From positions 1 to 28,752 of the IMG/VR virus record IMGVR_UViG_3300037313_001009: 28,752 nucleotides of DNA. The stretch is one strand, 5' to 3'. Made by a program: the position numbers and the translations under genes. The notes below the pieces were generated by a model. It was not told the DNA's origin. It worked only from the letters and a program-made list of their open reading frames with translations, and searched no databases. Source of the stretch: a virus (lineage: Duplodnaviria; Caudoviricetes). Shown one piece after another: positions 1 to 8,763 of the stretch. How positions within the stretch are numbered: the first letter of the stretch is position 1; each line of letters starts with the position of its first letter.

Positions 1-842
1 TAGTTAATGCCGGTGACTTCTACAACAACATTACTTTTTTCTGTTCTTCCTTTAGCGCCGAATCGGAAATTGAGTGTGTCGAAGTATTGTCCTCTGGGTT
101 GACCTTGGATTAGCTCTTGGCGATTTGCAGGACCATAATACATAGGCCAAATAAACGGACTCTTCTTTTGAGCCGTTAGATGAATGTCTTTGCCATTAAC
201 AATAATGATGTAGCCAAGCTTGTCAGCACAATCATCCAGGATAGCCATGAAGTCTTTGCCTGCTGCATGATAAACCTGCGTGGTTGTTTTACCGTCTGTA
301 GTGATTTCGCCTAGACGAGCAGAGCCAGAGTAATCATCTACAATGATGTTAATACCTTTTATGGCAGCGGTAATTTTCTTGGCGATTTCTCTAATCTCGC
401 AGGCGCTACCCTCAAAGTTTTCAGCGTATTTGAACTGACGAAGAAAATCAGTCCAATCAAGGCAAGCAAGGTGAAGATACTCGCCATCGCCACCAAATGA
501 CCAATCAGGCTGGCTCACAAAGCCACTGAAACGACGAGTGAACAGGCGATTCTTGGGGTTCTTTGAAAGGATATCTTCTTTAATATCCTCTAGCTGCTTT
601 GCTTCGTGTTTTACGTCCTCTACATAGCCAGCCCAAATCTCAATCTCCATGATGTTATCCATAATTTTATCATCGGCAAAAACATCAGATTCGATTGAGT
701 CTAAGAGGATGGTTGCGTTGGCGCTTTGAGCCTCACCTTTGTTACTCTTGGTCAGGTTGAAAGATTCACAAAGAATAAGAGAGCCACCGATTTTCACGAA
801 GGCTCTTGGGCGATGCGACCTATAGATATCATCAATACTCAT
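1..842 (-). CDS. Baseplate hub / late control D-like protein (3' end runs off the window)
   Basis: Not in the ORF track. ATG at 842 overlaps the LysM gene stop (TAATG) and reads MSIDDIYRSHRPRAFVKIGG...MEIEIWAGYVE. The same frame is open at the window edge (...VVVEVTGIN). Its position after tape measure and LysM is typical of a hub gene. Confidence 0.7.
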   Translation of the reverse strand, partial: MSIDDIYRSHRPRAFVKIGGSLILCESFNLTKSNKGEAQSANATILLDSIESDVFADDKIMDNIMEIEIWAGYVEDVKHEAKQLEDIKEDILSKNPKNRLFTRRFSGFVSQPDWSFGGDGEYLHLACLDWTDFLRQFKYAENFEGSACEIREIAKKITAAIKGINIIVDDYSGSARLGEITTDGKTTTQVYHAAGKDFMAILDDCADKLGYIIIVNGKDIHLTAQKKSPFIWPMYYGPANRQELIQGQPRGQYFDTLNFRFGAKGRTEKSNVVVEVTGIN

Positions 843-1216
843 TACAAGTCCTCTGGAATGTTGATAATATCGCCAGCAGTAAGCTTAATATCTTTCAGTC
901 CGTTATACAGATAAATCTTTTGCCAGTTATCAATAGAGCCGGTGTATTTGTAGGCGATTTTCTGAAGCGTGTCGCCCTCGATTACGATATACTGACTCTT
1001 TGATTTATTGGTCTTTACATTCTGCTGATAAACGATAATGTACTTGTTGTACTCATCATTTAACAATTTGAGGTCGGCAATTATTTCGATGGCAATCAGT
1101 TTGTCATCGAATGTCATACTGTCGTAGCTACCGTAAATCTCATCAATGAGGGCTTCATTGAAGCTTTTGTTGGCTACGATTTCGTTGTAGATTTCTTGTG
1201 AGTAAATTGTGGACAT
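842..1216 (-). CDS. LysM-domain tail/baseplate protein
   Basis: C-terminal LysM motif YIVIEGDTLQKIAYKYTGSIDNWQKIYLYNG...LTAGDIINIP; lies directly after the tape measure gene. Confidence 0.85.
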   Translation of the reverse strand: MSTIYSQEIYNEIVANKSFNEALIDEIYGSYDSMTFDDKLIAIEIIADLKLLNDEYNKYIIVYQQNVKTNKSKSQYIVIEGDTLQKIAYKYTGSIDNWQKIYLYNGLKDIKLTAGDIINIPEDL

Positions 1217-1219
1217 ATA

Positions 1220-3556
1220 TTACCTAGCCGCAAAAGGAAGTTGAGAGCCCTCAGGGAGCATCATCGGCCCGTATGCACCAGCCGCTTGCTGTAAGTTCTT
1301 CATTAGTTCCTTGTTGTTATTACCGCCTTGAACGTGAACATCACCATGAATTGTAATTCCACCAACTGGACCACCGAGGTTAGAAGGTTGCGTTCTGGGG
1401 TCGTATCCGCCGAAACCACCATTTTGTCTTACATATGCATCGACAGCCGTAGGAGGACTAACGGTTTCCGATTTGGGGTCAAACATTGTGGATAGCGTAC
1501 CAGCAGCCGAAGCTACTCCTTCCATACCAATCTTCATTAGATTGATAAGGTTATTGATAAGCTTCAACGTAAAGACTAATCCGTTGAAGGTCATTGAGCC
1601 CAATGTACCAAAAGCGTTGGTAATCATTCTGCCGTTTTTGCCGATATCAACCATTGTGGGGCGAAGGGCAATTAGGGCTACCTTAACTCTATCAACAGCA
1701 TCAGCCATCTTAAAGCCATCAATGGTGTCCTGGCTGAAGAAGCCCTCAAAGAAGGCAGCGCCGAGGTCAATTACTTCCTTTGTAATAGTGTAGAATTCAT
1801 TCATTGTCGCAATAGCAGACTTGAACGCATTGTCGATAAGTTGCGGATTTTGAGCAAGGAAATCCATTGCTTTCGTGAGGTCGCCAAGAATACGATCAAC
1901 GAAACCGCCAAGAGCTTTATCCCAGCCCTTGAACATCTTCTTGAATCCATCATTGGCAATGATTCTCGCCATATTGATTCTCATTGACGAGAAGAATTTC
2001 ATTTCTAGAGTTCTTGATGTTTCGGTGATAGCACCGCCCATTGTCTTGAAAGCGTTGGTTACGCCGGAAATGTTAGCCTCGCGAGTCTTAGAGAGAAGCG
2101 TGTTGATGTTATTTGCATCAATACCAGCACCCTTTAGAGCCTTCTTCATTGCTTCCATAGCCTTGAAGGGATTACGGGCGTTAATAGCGTCTGTAATAGC
2201 TTTTTGGTCGGCGGTTTTTAGCTTGATGTTTTCACGACGTAGCAAGGATAGGAAGTTGGCAGCACCAGAGCCCTTCTTGCCGTCGCCACCAGAGCCAGTA
2301 AAGGCTTCTAGAATACCTACGGTGTGGAAGGACATTTTGCGACCCTTTTCGTCCACCATCTTCATGACGGCAGATAGCTCAATTAGGTCTTTGGTGAATT
2401 GTTTAACGTCGCCACCTTTGGCTAAGAACTCCTTATCAGAAACTCCCATTTTGTTTTTCAAGTCAGGAAGCGCAGCCTTAGCCACACCCATGATTTCAGA
2501 GAAGTCCTGGCCTGTTTTTGCCGATTCCTCGCGGAGTAGATCGGTTAGGTCTTTACCCATGAGTTTAGCGCCTTCAAGCTGCTTCTTCATGGATGCGGTA
2601 ATACCAGCGCCACCTCTTTCAATATCCATTTGGCTTTGACCTGTATCACCAATGCCAAGCGAGGTGAATAGCGTTTGAGCTTTCACTGCTTCGTCATTGA
2701 ATTCAACAGAAGCTTTATAAGCCTCGTAGATATGGTCAGTGATTCCTCTAAATCCGCTTGCAAGTCTTTCGACACCAACAAGAGCGCCAATGGCCCAAAG
2801 CGAATGCTTTAAGCTTACTAGGTTTCTGATAATTCTCTCTTGTCTTTGGGCGGAATTCTCGGCAGCACGTAGCTCGCGCTTGGCGGCTCTTTCGGCCTCA
2901 GAAGCCATGCGGCGAGACTCTGACACATAACGCTGGAAATACAAATGATGGCTTTGTGCAGCGGCGTTGTCGCCATTTACACGCGCATTTCTCTCCATTT
3001 CAGCATATCTAACAGCCATGCCGTGATAATGCTGAGACTCATTGATTAGTTGCTGAATGGCAGCACGACGCTTTTTCTCCACATTGACCAATTGATCTTC
3101 TGCATCAATCTGCTTGCGGAGAGCGTCATTAAGTTTGAATTGGTTGGAGATATTTGAATTGCTGGCCTGAGAAGCGTGACGAGCATCTAACTCAATTTGT
3201 TTCTGTTGTTGTCTTAGAACTCGACCTTGAATGTTGGCGAGATTTTGCGCAAGGCGAATGCGACGAGCCATACCCTGAGGTGTTTGACCCGTGTAATTCT
3301 CTCTGTATTGACCTGTACCGCCACCATTGGGAGTATTGCGGAAAGCATTGGAATAGAAGCGAACTAGATCGCGCTGTTGCTGATTGAGTCTTTTAATGGC
3401 GAATTGAGTCTCTTCAACGAGAGAGCCATTGGCACCGCGAGACATACGAGAGAACTTCTGTACCTCGATACCTGCTGTGCGTAGTGTTCTGGCGAAATTG
3501 GTGGCATCCTGCTCACCAAGAATATTTACCAGAATATCATAAGTAAAATCAGCCAT
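1220..3556 (-). CDS. Tail tape measure protein
   Basis: 778 aa, Ala/Gly/Lys-rich, amphipathic-helix character; lies between the tube/chaperone genes and the LysM/hub genes. Confidence 0.85.
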   Translation of the reverse strand: MADFTYDILVNILGEQDATNFARTLRTAGIEVQKFSRMSRGANGSLVEETQFAIKRLNQQQRDLVRFYSNAFRNTPNGGGTGQYRENYTGQTPQGMARRIRLAQNLANIQGRVLRQQQKQIELDARHASQASNSNISNQFKLNDALRKQIDAEDQLVNVEKKRRAAIQQLINESQHYHGMAVRYAEMERNARVNGDNAAAQSHHLYFQRYVSESRRMASEAERAAKRELRAAENSAQRQERIIRNLVSLKHSLWAIGALVGVERLASGFRGITDHIYEAYKASVEFNDEAVKAQTLFTSLGIGDTGQSQMDIERGGAGITASMKKQLEGAKLMGKDLTDLLREESAKTGQDFSEIMGVAKAALPDLKNKMGVSDKEFLAKGGDVKQFTKDLIELSAVMKMVDEKGRKMSFHTVGILEAFTGSGGDGKKGSGAANFLSLLRRENIKLKTADQKAITDAINARNPFKAMEAMKKALKGAGIDANNINTLLSKTREANISGVTNAFKTMGGAITETSRTLEMKFFSSMRINMARIIANDGFKKMFKGWDKALGGFVDRILGDLTKAMDFLAQNPQLIDNAFKSAIATMNEFYTITKEVIDLGAAFFEGFFSQDTIDGFKMADAVDRVKVALIALRPTMVDIGKNGRMITNAFGTLGSMTFNGLVFTLKLINNLINLMKIGMEGVASAAGTLSTMFDPKSETVSPPTAVDAYVRQNGGFGGYDPRTQPSNLGGPVGGITIHGDVHVQGGNNNKELMKNLQQAAGAYGPMMLPEGSQLPFAAR

Positions 3557-3559
3557 TGG

Positions 3560-4255
3560 TTATCTCTTGTAATCTTTTTCGAATTGAATCTTTTCCGGCT
3601 CTGCTTTAGCTGCTGTTGTTGTGGCGGCTTTTCCTGCTTTACCAGCTTTTTTTAGAGAAGGGTGCTTTGTGGCTTTTGCTTTTGTTTGTAGTCTGGTTCC
3701 AGCGGCTTTGGCGTTATTTACGTTTACCGTAATCTTGACTGAGGTTGTTTCTGTCGGGCGAATTTTCTCTTGACGCTGGTGAGGAACAAGTCTGATTGAA
3801 TACTCGACTTCGAAGTAGCTTTTAACTACAGGCGTGAAATCCTCAATAACATATTCGCCAACAAAACCACCGTATCCCTCGTCAGTAATATCGAGAGTAG
3901 GTGTTTCGCCAGGCAAATTGCCCTTGGGACTATGACCAGGAACAGGGAAGCCAACACGCAGAGGACGACCCATTAAGCCCTGCCCTTTGTAGCGACCTTC
4001 ACCGAGGATAAAGTCTGCTCTATCTTTGGCTGTTAGCGTTTCACCGTTTACCTTATAGGTACCATAAAACAATCCGCCGAATTCAATTTCCTTTTGGTAC
4101 ACACCAATGATTTGATTGGTTTGGAAACCACCAGGATACTTGACCTTTTTCATGGCGGTTTCTTTGCCAGGAGCAATACCCTCAGGAAGCTCTCTGTCGA
4201 AAAATTGGAAAAGAATTTTGTTTTTATCTTTGTCGATTTCGGTGAAGTAAATCAT
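3560..4255 (-). CDS. Putative tail tube initiator / baseplate-proximal tube-fold protein
   Basis: ORF 3560..4276, likely start ATG 4255 (GAGG upstream). Beta-rich pattern (KYPGG...QIIG...EIEFGGLF...YVIEDF...VEYSIRL) resembles P2 gpU/XkdP N-terminal domains. K/A/T-rich C-terminal tail. Confidence 0.5.
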   Translation of the reverse strand: MIYFTEIDKDKNKILFQFFDRELPEGIAPGKETAMKKVKYPGGFQTNQIIGVYQKEIEFGGLFYGTYKVNGETLTAKDRADFILGEGRYKGQGLMGRPLRVGFPVPGHSPKGNLPGETPTLDITDEGYGGFVGEYVIEDFTPVVKSYFEVEYSIRLVPHQRQEKIRPTETTSVKITVNVNNAKAAGTRLQTKAKATKHPSLKKAGKAGKAATTTAAKAEPEKIQFEKDYKR

Positions 4256-4294
4256 TGAGGGGCCTCGCTCATTCAAATTTTATTTAATATTAAA

Positions 4295-4316
4295 GAGAGC
4301 GGCTTTCGCCGCTCTC
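4295..4316 (-). terminator. Rho-independent terminator after the tail assembly chaperone locus
   Basis: Minus strand GAGAGCGGC-GAAA-GCCGCTCTC followed by TTTAAT, 2 nt after the stop of the frameshifted ORF. Confidence 0.75.
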
Positions 4317-4318
4317 CA

Positions 4319-4501
4319 TCAACGTTCATTGCTATAATCTACACCATTTAATTCATTGAGAACAATTACGATTGCGCTTCTCTGAACTCTATTTAATGGC
4401 TTTCTAATTGGACCGAAAACTGCCTCCCAAGGGATACCGGATTTCACAAGATATAAGCCCTGTCTGAGTACCGGATTATCAGCAAGGCGGTCTATTCCCC
4501 C
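4319..4501 (-). CDS. -1 frameshift extension of the tail assembly chaperone (lambda gpGT-like)
   Basis: Slippery G GGG GAA at 4501-4495. The -1 frame is open for 59 codons (GIDRLADNPVLRQGLYLVKSGIPWEAVFG...YSNER) to TGA 4321-4319 and has no ATG. Confidence 0.8.
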   Translation of the reverse strand, partial: GGIDRLADNPVLRQGLYLVKSGIPWEAVFGPIRKPLNRVQRSAIVIVLNELNGVDYSNER

Positions 4502-4794
4502 ATGTCTACGTCGTTGACCTCACTGTAGAGAGCCTGAATCTCGTTCCATTCCTTCTTGGAGAAATCTTTTAGCTTGGTAAAAGCATCCTCAAGAGACTTG
4601 GGAGGAACGTAATCAACGCCATCAACACTGCCAATTGATAGGAGAGTTAGAAGTGAACGCTGTAGGGTAGCGGTACCGATCATATTCTTCTCGTCATAAC
4701 TCTTGCCGAGTAGCTGATACGCTAGAACTTCCTCTAGGGCGCTTAGCTCGTTGACGACAACCTTCTTGCCAGTACACAAAGTCTTTTCTGCCAT
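4492..4794 (-). CDS. Tail assembly chaperone (gpG-like)
   Basis: 100 aa acidic protein after the tube genes; GGAG RBS; ends ...ATG GGG GAA TAG. Confidence 0.8.
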   Translation of the reverse strand: MAEKTLCTGKKVVVNELSALEEVLAYQLLGKSYDEKNMIGTATLQRSLLTLLSIGSVDGVDYVPPKSLEDAFTKLKDFSKKEWNEIQALYSEVNDVDMGE

Positions 4795-4803
4795 GTTAGC
4801 TCC

Positions 4804-5505
4804 TTAAGATTTATTGATTTCCATCATTGTTGAGATAATATCCATCCCCGTACTCTTAATTTTAGTTACGCGGTAGTCATTCTCAAAATCACTATCAATA
4901 ATTCTTTCGGGCGAAAAAGCAGAAAGACTCTCTGGAATCTCGACGTTGTTATAGGCCATTTCTAGGCCGTAGTTTAGCAGCACTAAATCTTTATACTTGT
5001 ATCTCTCAACGGTGCCGTCATAGTAAGTGATGGTTTGCTCTGCAACAAAAAGCAATTGATTACCAATGGCTTCAGATTCGCCTTTACCAAACGAGGTAAT
5101 GCTACTTACTGATGATTTGTTACTGTTATTACCGAGTAGAAAACGCTCATTCATATAAACGAGGTAAGATAGCTTCCAATCAATTTTACCACCAGACATA
5201 TTGATGTTCCAGCCAGCAGGACGAGTGATTGTTTTTAGCTTGGTGTGTCCGTATGGGCGAAATTGCTTGACCACCTCAAAGTTAATTGAGGCGTTGAATT
5301 GGTCCACTTCGCCAATTTCAATCTCATCGCCACCAACACCACCAAGGCCAAAGTTAGGCACAGTTAGTTTGATTTTTGCGCGAGAGGTAAGGATTCTCTT
5401 TTTAGGAATGGCGAAATAGTTATCGGGCAGATTCTTAGAGACAAACGCCTCTGTTAAATCGGTCACATCTGTACTGAATTGTGAGATATCGTCAAATAGC
5501 GCCAT
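4804..5505 (-). CDS. Tail tube paralog 3 (minor tube-like protein)
   Basis: Shares IGEVDQFNA, WNINMSGGKIDWKL and TITYYDGTVERY motifs with the two upstream tube genes; has an N-terminal extension. Confidence 0.7.
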   Translation of the reverse strand: MALFDDISQFSTDVTDLTEAFVSKNLPDNYFAIPKKRILTSRAKIKLTVPNFGLGGVGGDEIEIGEVDQFNASINFEVVKQFRPYGHTKLKTITRPAGWNINMSGGKIDWKLSYLVYMNERFLLGNNSNKSSVSSITSFGKGESEAIGNQLLFVAEQTITYYDGTVERYKYKDLVLLNYGLEMAYNNVEIPESLSAFSPERIIDSDFENDYRVTKIKSTGMDIISTMMEINKS

Positions 5506-5508
5506 GTT

Positions 5509-6003
5509 TTATTCTGCCGTTTTAAAGAGAAGTTGTCTAATGATGTTGGTGGCATCTGCGACATTAGTTGTGTCAGCAGGACTCATAATTCTGTAAGAAG
5601 AAAAACCTTTAGCCGATTCTTTGACTTCCTCGCCTTTGTCTGATTCAAGGCCGAAAATGGTCACACCCTTGTATAGATATTGTTCGATGGCTCCATTGTA
5701 GTGAAGCACGGTTTCGCTAATCATAATCTCTGGCTCAACACCACCAGCACGAAGCTGACGATCTTGTAGCCAGTAATAATGCGCTAAGCTCCAATCCACT
5801 TTGCCGCCATCAAAAGATAAATCCCAACCTCCATATTGAAGAGTGGCTTGCTCGTTAATGAAACCGATTGGGCGACTCTTAATAATGGAGGTTGAGGAAG
5901 TAGCTTTGAAGGAGTCTAGTTCACCGAGAGGAATGGGAGTTAGCAAAGCTTGTGAGTGAATTAGAATTACAGCGTTATTGCTATAAACTCTTGCTTTGCC
6001 CAT
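5509..6003 (-). CDS. Tail tube paralog 2
   Basis: Begins MGKARVYSNNA; LGELDSF and FDGGKVDWSLA motifs show clear homology to 6016..6537. Confidence 0.75.
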   Translation of the reverse strand: MGKARVYSNNAVILIHSQALLTPIPLGELDSFKATSSTSIIKSRPIGFINEQATLQYGGWDLSFDGGKVDWSLAHYYWLQDRQLRAGGVEPEIMISETVLHYNGAIEQYLYKGVTIFGLESDKGEEVKESAKGFSSYRIMSPADTTNVADATNIIRQLLFKTAE

Positions 6004-6015
6004 TTTTATTACCTA

Positions 6016-6537
6016 TTAGCTAAAACGCTTTTGGACTCCGGTCATCGCAGCCAACATCGCGGTGACAGTAGCATCAGCGGCGGCTGAAGCAGTTTCAGTA
6101 GCCTCATCGCCACGACGGCAAGGAACGCCGCAGAAGCCAGAGAACTTACCTGATAGCTGATCCTCTGAGGGGCTATCCTTCTCGTAACCGTGTAGGGTCA
6201 CTTCGTCGTACCACCAAACCTCAACAGTGCCATCAAATAGGGTCACTTCTTCCTTCACCTTGAAATAAGGTGAGCGACCACCAGCGGCAATCTGCTTGTC
6301 CTGTGAGTGCATTAGAGCGGCTAGGTTGGCGTCAACCTTACCACCTTCGAAATCCATGTCGTAGCCTTTGAATACAGTCTGCGAGGTGATATTCTTCTCA
6401 CCTAGAGCCTGAGACTTCTTTAGCTCATCTAGCGACTTAGCGCCAAACTTATCGCATTCGCCAACAAGAATAGGCTGCGCTGACGCATCCATTACATAAA
6501 TCTTGGCGTTATTGCCCATTACTCTTGCTTTACCCAT
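6016..6537 (-). CDS. Major tail tube protein
   Basis: 173 aa, directly after the sheath gene, strong GAAGGAG RBS, CTA/AAG-rich codon style like capsid and sheath. Confidence 0.8.
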   Translation of the reverse strand: MGKARVMGNNAKIYVMDASAQPILVGECDKFGAKSLDELKKSQALGEKNITSQTVFKGYDMDFEGGKVDANLAALMHSQDKQIAAGGRSPYFKVKEEVTLFDGTVEVWWYDEVTLHGYEKDSPSEDQLSGKFSGFCGVPCRRGDEATETASAAADATVTAMLAAMTGVQKRFS

Positions 6538-6560
6538 TTAATTCTCCTTCAATATAGGTT

Positions 6561-6587
6561 GAGCAGGGAGGTTTACCCTCCCCACTC
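6561..6587 (-). promoter_or_regulatory. Intergenic stem-loop between sheath and tube (no U-tract)
   Basis: Minus strand GAGTGGGGAGG-GTAAA-CCTCCCTGCTC, 11-bp stem with two G-U pairs. Confidence 0.55.
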
Positions 6588-6608
6588 TTCATTTTTAGTT
6601 ATTGGCGA

Positions 6609-8072
6609 TTACTGAATGTTGACAACCTTGGCTTCGCTGGCGTCGATGGTGACTAGGATGAAGTCAGCAGGAGCTAGGAGTGAGATTTGCACATCAACCA
6701 TCATTTTGTTGGCGCGAACCACATCATTCGTGTTGTTTTGCTCGTCACACTTGACAGCGTAAGCCTTGCCACCGTTAACGTTACCAATGCGACCCAATTG
6801 TAGCTCGTTGTTTAGAAGGGTGCCAAAGGCAGACTTCACATCAGAGCGTAGCTGGACAGTATGAGGCTTGGAAACGAACTGTTGAGAACCAGCCTCAAAG
6901 GTCTTAGCGAAGTAGTTAACAGCGCGGCGACGAGTGATGTTGGCCTTGGCGGGAATTGAAGAAGTGTTGATGCCGTTTAGAATCACGAAGCCAGTAGCCT
7001 TCTTTAGACCAATGGGTGAAACGCGATTCTTACCAAGGGTATCAACCTCGGCAGGCTGTAGGGCACGCTCGGTACCGATAACGCCAATTAGCTGATTGCG
7101 TGAAGGTGACTGGTGGTAGTTGAGTTGGGCGAGAACACCAGCGTAGAAAGCTGTGGGGTTGTGATATTCCTTCTTGTTGTTGTAAGGGTTTAGAACCTGC
7201 ACGAAGGGGTAAGTCACAACTAGGCGATCTGAGTTGTAGGCAGCCATTGAGGTCACAACGTCGTTAACGATTGTGCCGGAAGCAGGAGCAACAACAGCAA
7301 TACGAGGTGAGACAGAGGCTAGAGAAACATGAGTTAGAACAGCGGCGTTAACAGTGTCGTTGGCGCGGGGGCAAACCACAATCTCAACATCGTCATCGGC
7401 CTCAAGAGCCACTAGACCAGTTAGACCGTTAGCATCGTTGGTGCCAACGTAAGAGGTGTCGTCTAGAGCCATGCCAACAGCAGTACCGTTTGAACCACCA
7501 GAGAATGTGTAAGTGCCAACAGCAATGTTGGTATTGCCAGCAACAATAACCTCAACGAAATCATCAGGGGAAGCCTCAATGATGGTCTTGAAGTATTGGG
7601 GATCGTTGGCGTCGGCAAAAGTCACCTGTGAATACTTGTAGGTTTCGTTACCGTAGGTGAAGGTTAGATCCACATAACCAGAAACGGAAGAAGCAGCGGA
7701 AGTTAGCTTAGCGCCGTTGCCCCAGGAACCAGGAGTCTTTAGACGGAAGGTGGTGCCATTCTGAGCAACGGTAGCCTTGGCTTCGTTGGAGTCGGTAACA
7801 CGCACAACCACAACCTCGGTAGCACCGTTGTTAAATAGGTTGTACATGAACATGAAGTCTTCCTTGACGGAAGGATCGTAACCGCCGAACTTACGCACGT
7901 AATCGCTTAGGCTGGAAACGACGGTAGGCTCGCCAACAGGGCCACGGATAGCTTGGACAGGAACGCCCACAACGCCGATGCTTGAGCCCTTGATGGAAGC
8001 GGCAGGAGTAGCCTCGCGCACGAACACATCAGGGGTGGTGAAGTTTGTGAAGTTATTAACGATTGGAGACAT
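6609..8072 (-). CDS. Contractile tail sheath protein
   Basis: N-terminal TPDVFVRE...RGPVGEP...YVRKFGG; C-terminal ITRRR...CDEQNNT.DVVRANKMMVDVQI...PADFI. Start refined to ATG 8072 (AAAGGA RBS). Confidence 0.95.
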   Translation of the reverse strand: MSPIVNNFTNFTTPDVFVREATPAASIKGSSIGVVGVPVQAIRGPVGEPTVVSSLSDYVRKFGGYDPSVKEDFMFMYNLFNNGATEVVVVRVTDSNEAKATVAQNGTTFRLKTPGSWGNGAKLTSAASSVSGYVDLTFTYGNETYKYSQVTFADANDPQYFKTIIEASPDDFVEVIVAGNTNIAVGTYTFSGGSNGTAVGMALDDTSYVGTNDANGLTGLVALEADDDVEIVVCPRANDTVNAAVLTHVSLASVSPRIAVVAPASGTIVNDVVTSMAAYNSDRLVVTYPFVQVLNPYNNKKEYHNPTAFYAGVLAQLNYHQSPSRNQLIGVIGTERALQPAEVDTLGKNRVSPIGLKKATGFVILNGINTSSIPAKANITRRRAVNYFAKTFEAGSQQFVSKPHTVQLRSDVKSAFGTLLNNELQLGRIGNVNGGKAYAVKCDEQNNTNDVVRANKMMVDVQISLLAPADFILVTIDASEAKVVNIQ

Positions 8073-8113
8073 TCTTAGTCCTTTCGCAAATTGCAAAATT
8101 TACAGCTACAGTA

Positions 8114-8127
8114 TTTATTTTAGACTA
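8114..8127 (-). promoter_or_regulatory. Putative late promoter motif TAGTCTAAAATAAA upstream of sheath
   Basis: Exact 14-bp match to 17933-17946 and 11-bp match to 16799-16809. Confidence 0.6.
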
Positions 8128-8763
8128 GGGTGTTTGGTATAATATATCTTCACCGTCTGTTACTGTAATTACCATTCCTGTTACTGGTGGATAATCGGCT
8201 TCTGTTGTGGCGATATTTGTGACGATTGAATTGACTGGATAGCCAATCACTTCTTTGAGAATGCGAGAGCAAGTCTCGACCACAAAAGCTACATGGAAAG
8301 GAGCGGTGTCGTTAACCATATGTTTCTTGTTGAATTTGAGGCCAAAATATTCGCCAGTCAAAACATCACCCTGTAGATTCAGGAATGAGTTAGTTAGAAA
8401 GAATTGCTCAATGGTGGCCGAATAATCTCTTTGCTCTTTTCTGGTGTTTGTGAATAGAGAAACGGCCAGAAGCAATTCGATTTCAGCAAGGGGAGAAAAC
8501 TCCGTCACCATTCCAGACGGAGCAGGAAGGTATTTTGTCTCGCCGTAATTATTAGGATTAATGTGAGCATCCTTCATATAGTTGATTGCGATTGCAGGAT
8601 AAATGGGAGCGGGCTGAATTGACTTACCGGCATCATCTTGCTTGGACACAAACTCAACAGCGGGACGCAGCAAATGAATTTGGGCAGCAGGAATACCTGT
8701 CGCTTCCGATAATGCGTTTCTTAGTGTGTTGAGGGTCATATCCTCTGCATTGCGAATAGGCAT
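8125..8763 (-). CDS. Tail terminator / tail completion protein
   Basis: 212 aa directly upstream of sheath; YPAIAI motif typical of tail terminator folds; gene order. Confidence 0.65.
   Translation of the reverse strand: MPIRNAEDMTLNTLRNALSEATGIPAAQIHLLRPAVEFVSKQDDAGKSIQPAPIYPAIAINYMKDAHINPNNYGETKYLPAPSGMVTEFSPLAEIELLLAVSLFTNTRKEQRDYSATIEQFFLTNSFLNLQGDVLTGEYFGLKFNKKHMVNDTAPFHVAFVVETCSRILKEVIGYPVNSIVTNIATTEADYPPVTGMVITVTDGEDILYQTP

Noticed and set aside
1473-3387. Plus-strand ORFs (106, 254, 63, 77 aa) within the tape measure gene
   Set aside because: Antisense shadows of a long minus-strand gene; the translations do not look like real proteins.
4444-4494. TAG read-through or stop-codon reassignment
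   Set aside because: Reading through the chaperone TAG adds only 15 codons before TGA, whereas the -1 frame fills the gap. Genes across the window are intact under the standard bacterial code. The many plus-strand TAG triplets are minus-strand CTA Leu codons.
1-8763. Extracellular contractile injection system / tailocin
   Set aside because: Multiple tubes, sheath and LysM resemble eCIS, but capsid, protease and head-tail joining genes are in the same module, so this is a phage.
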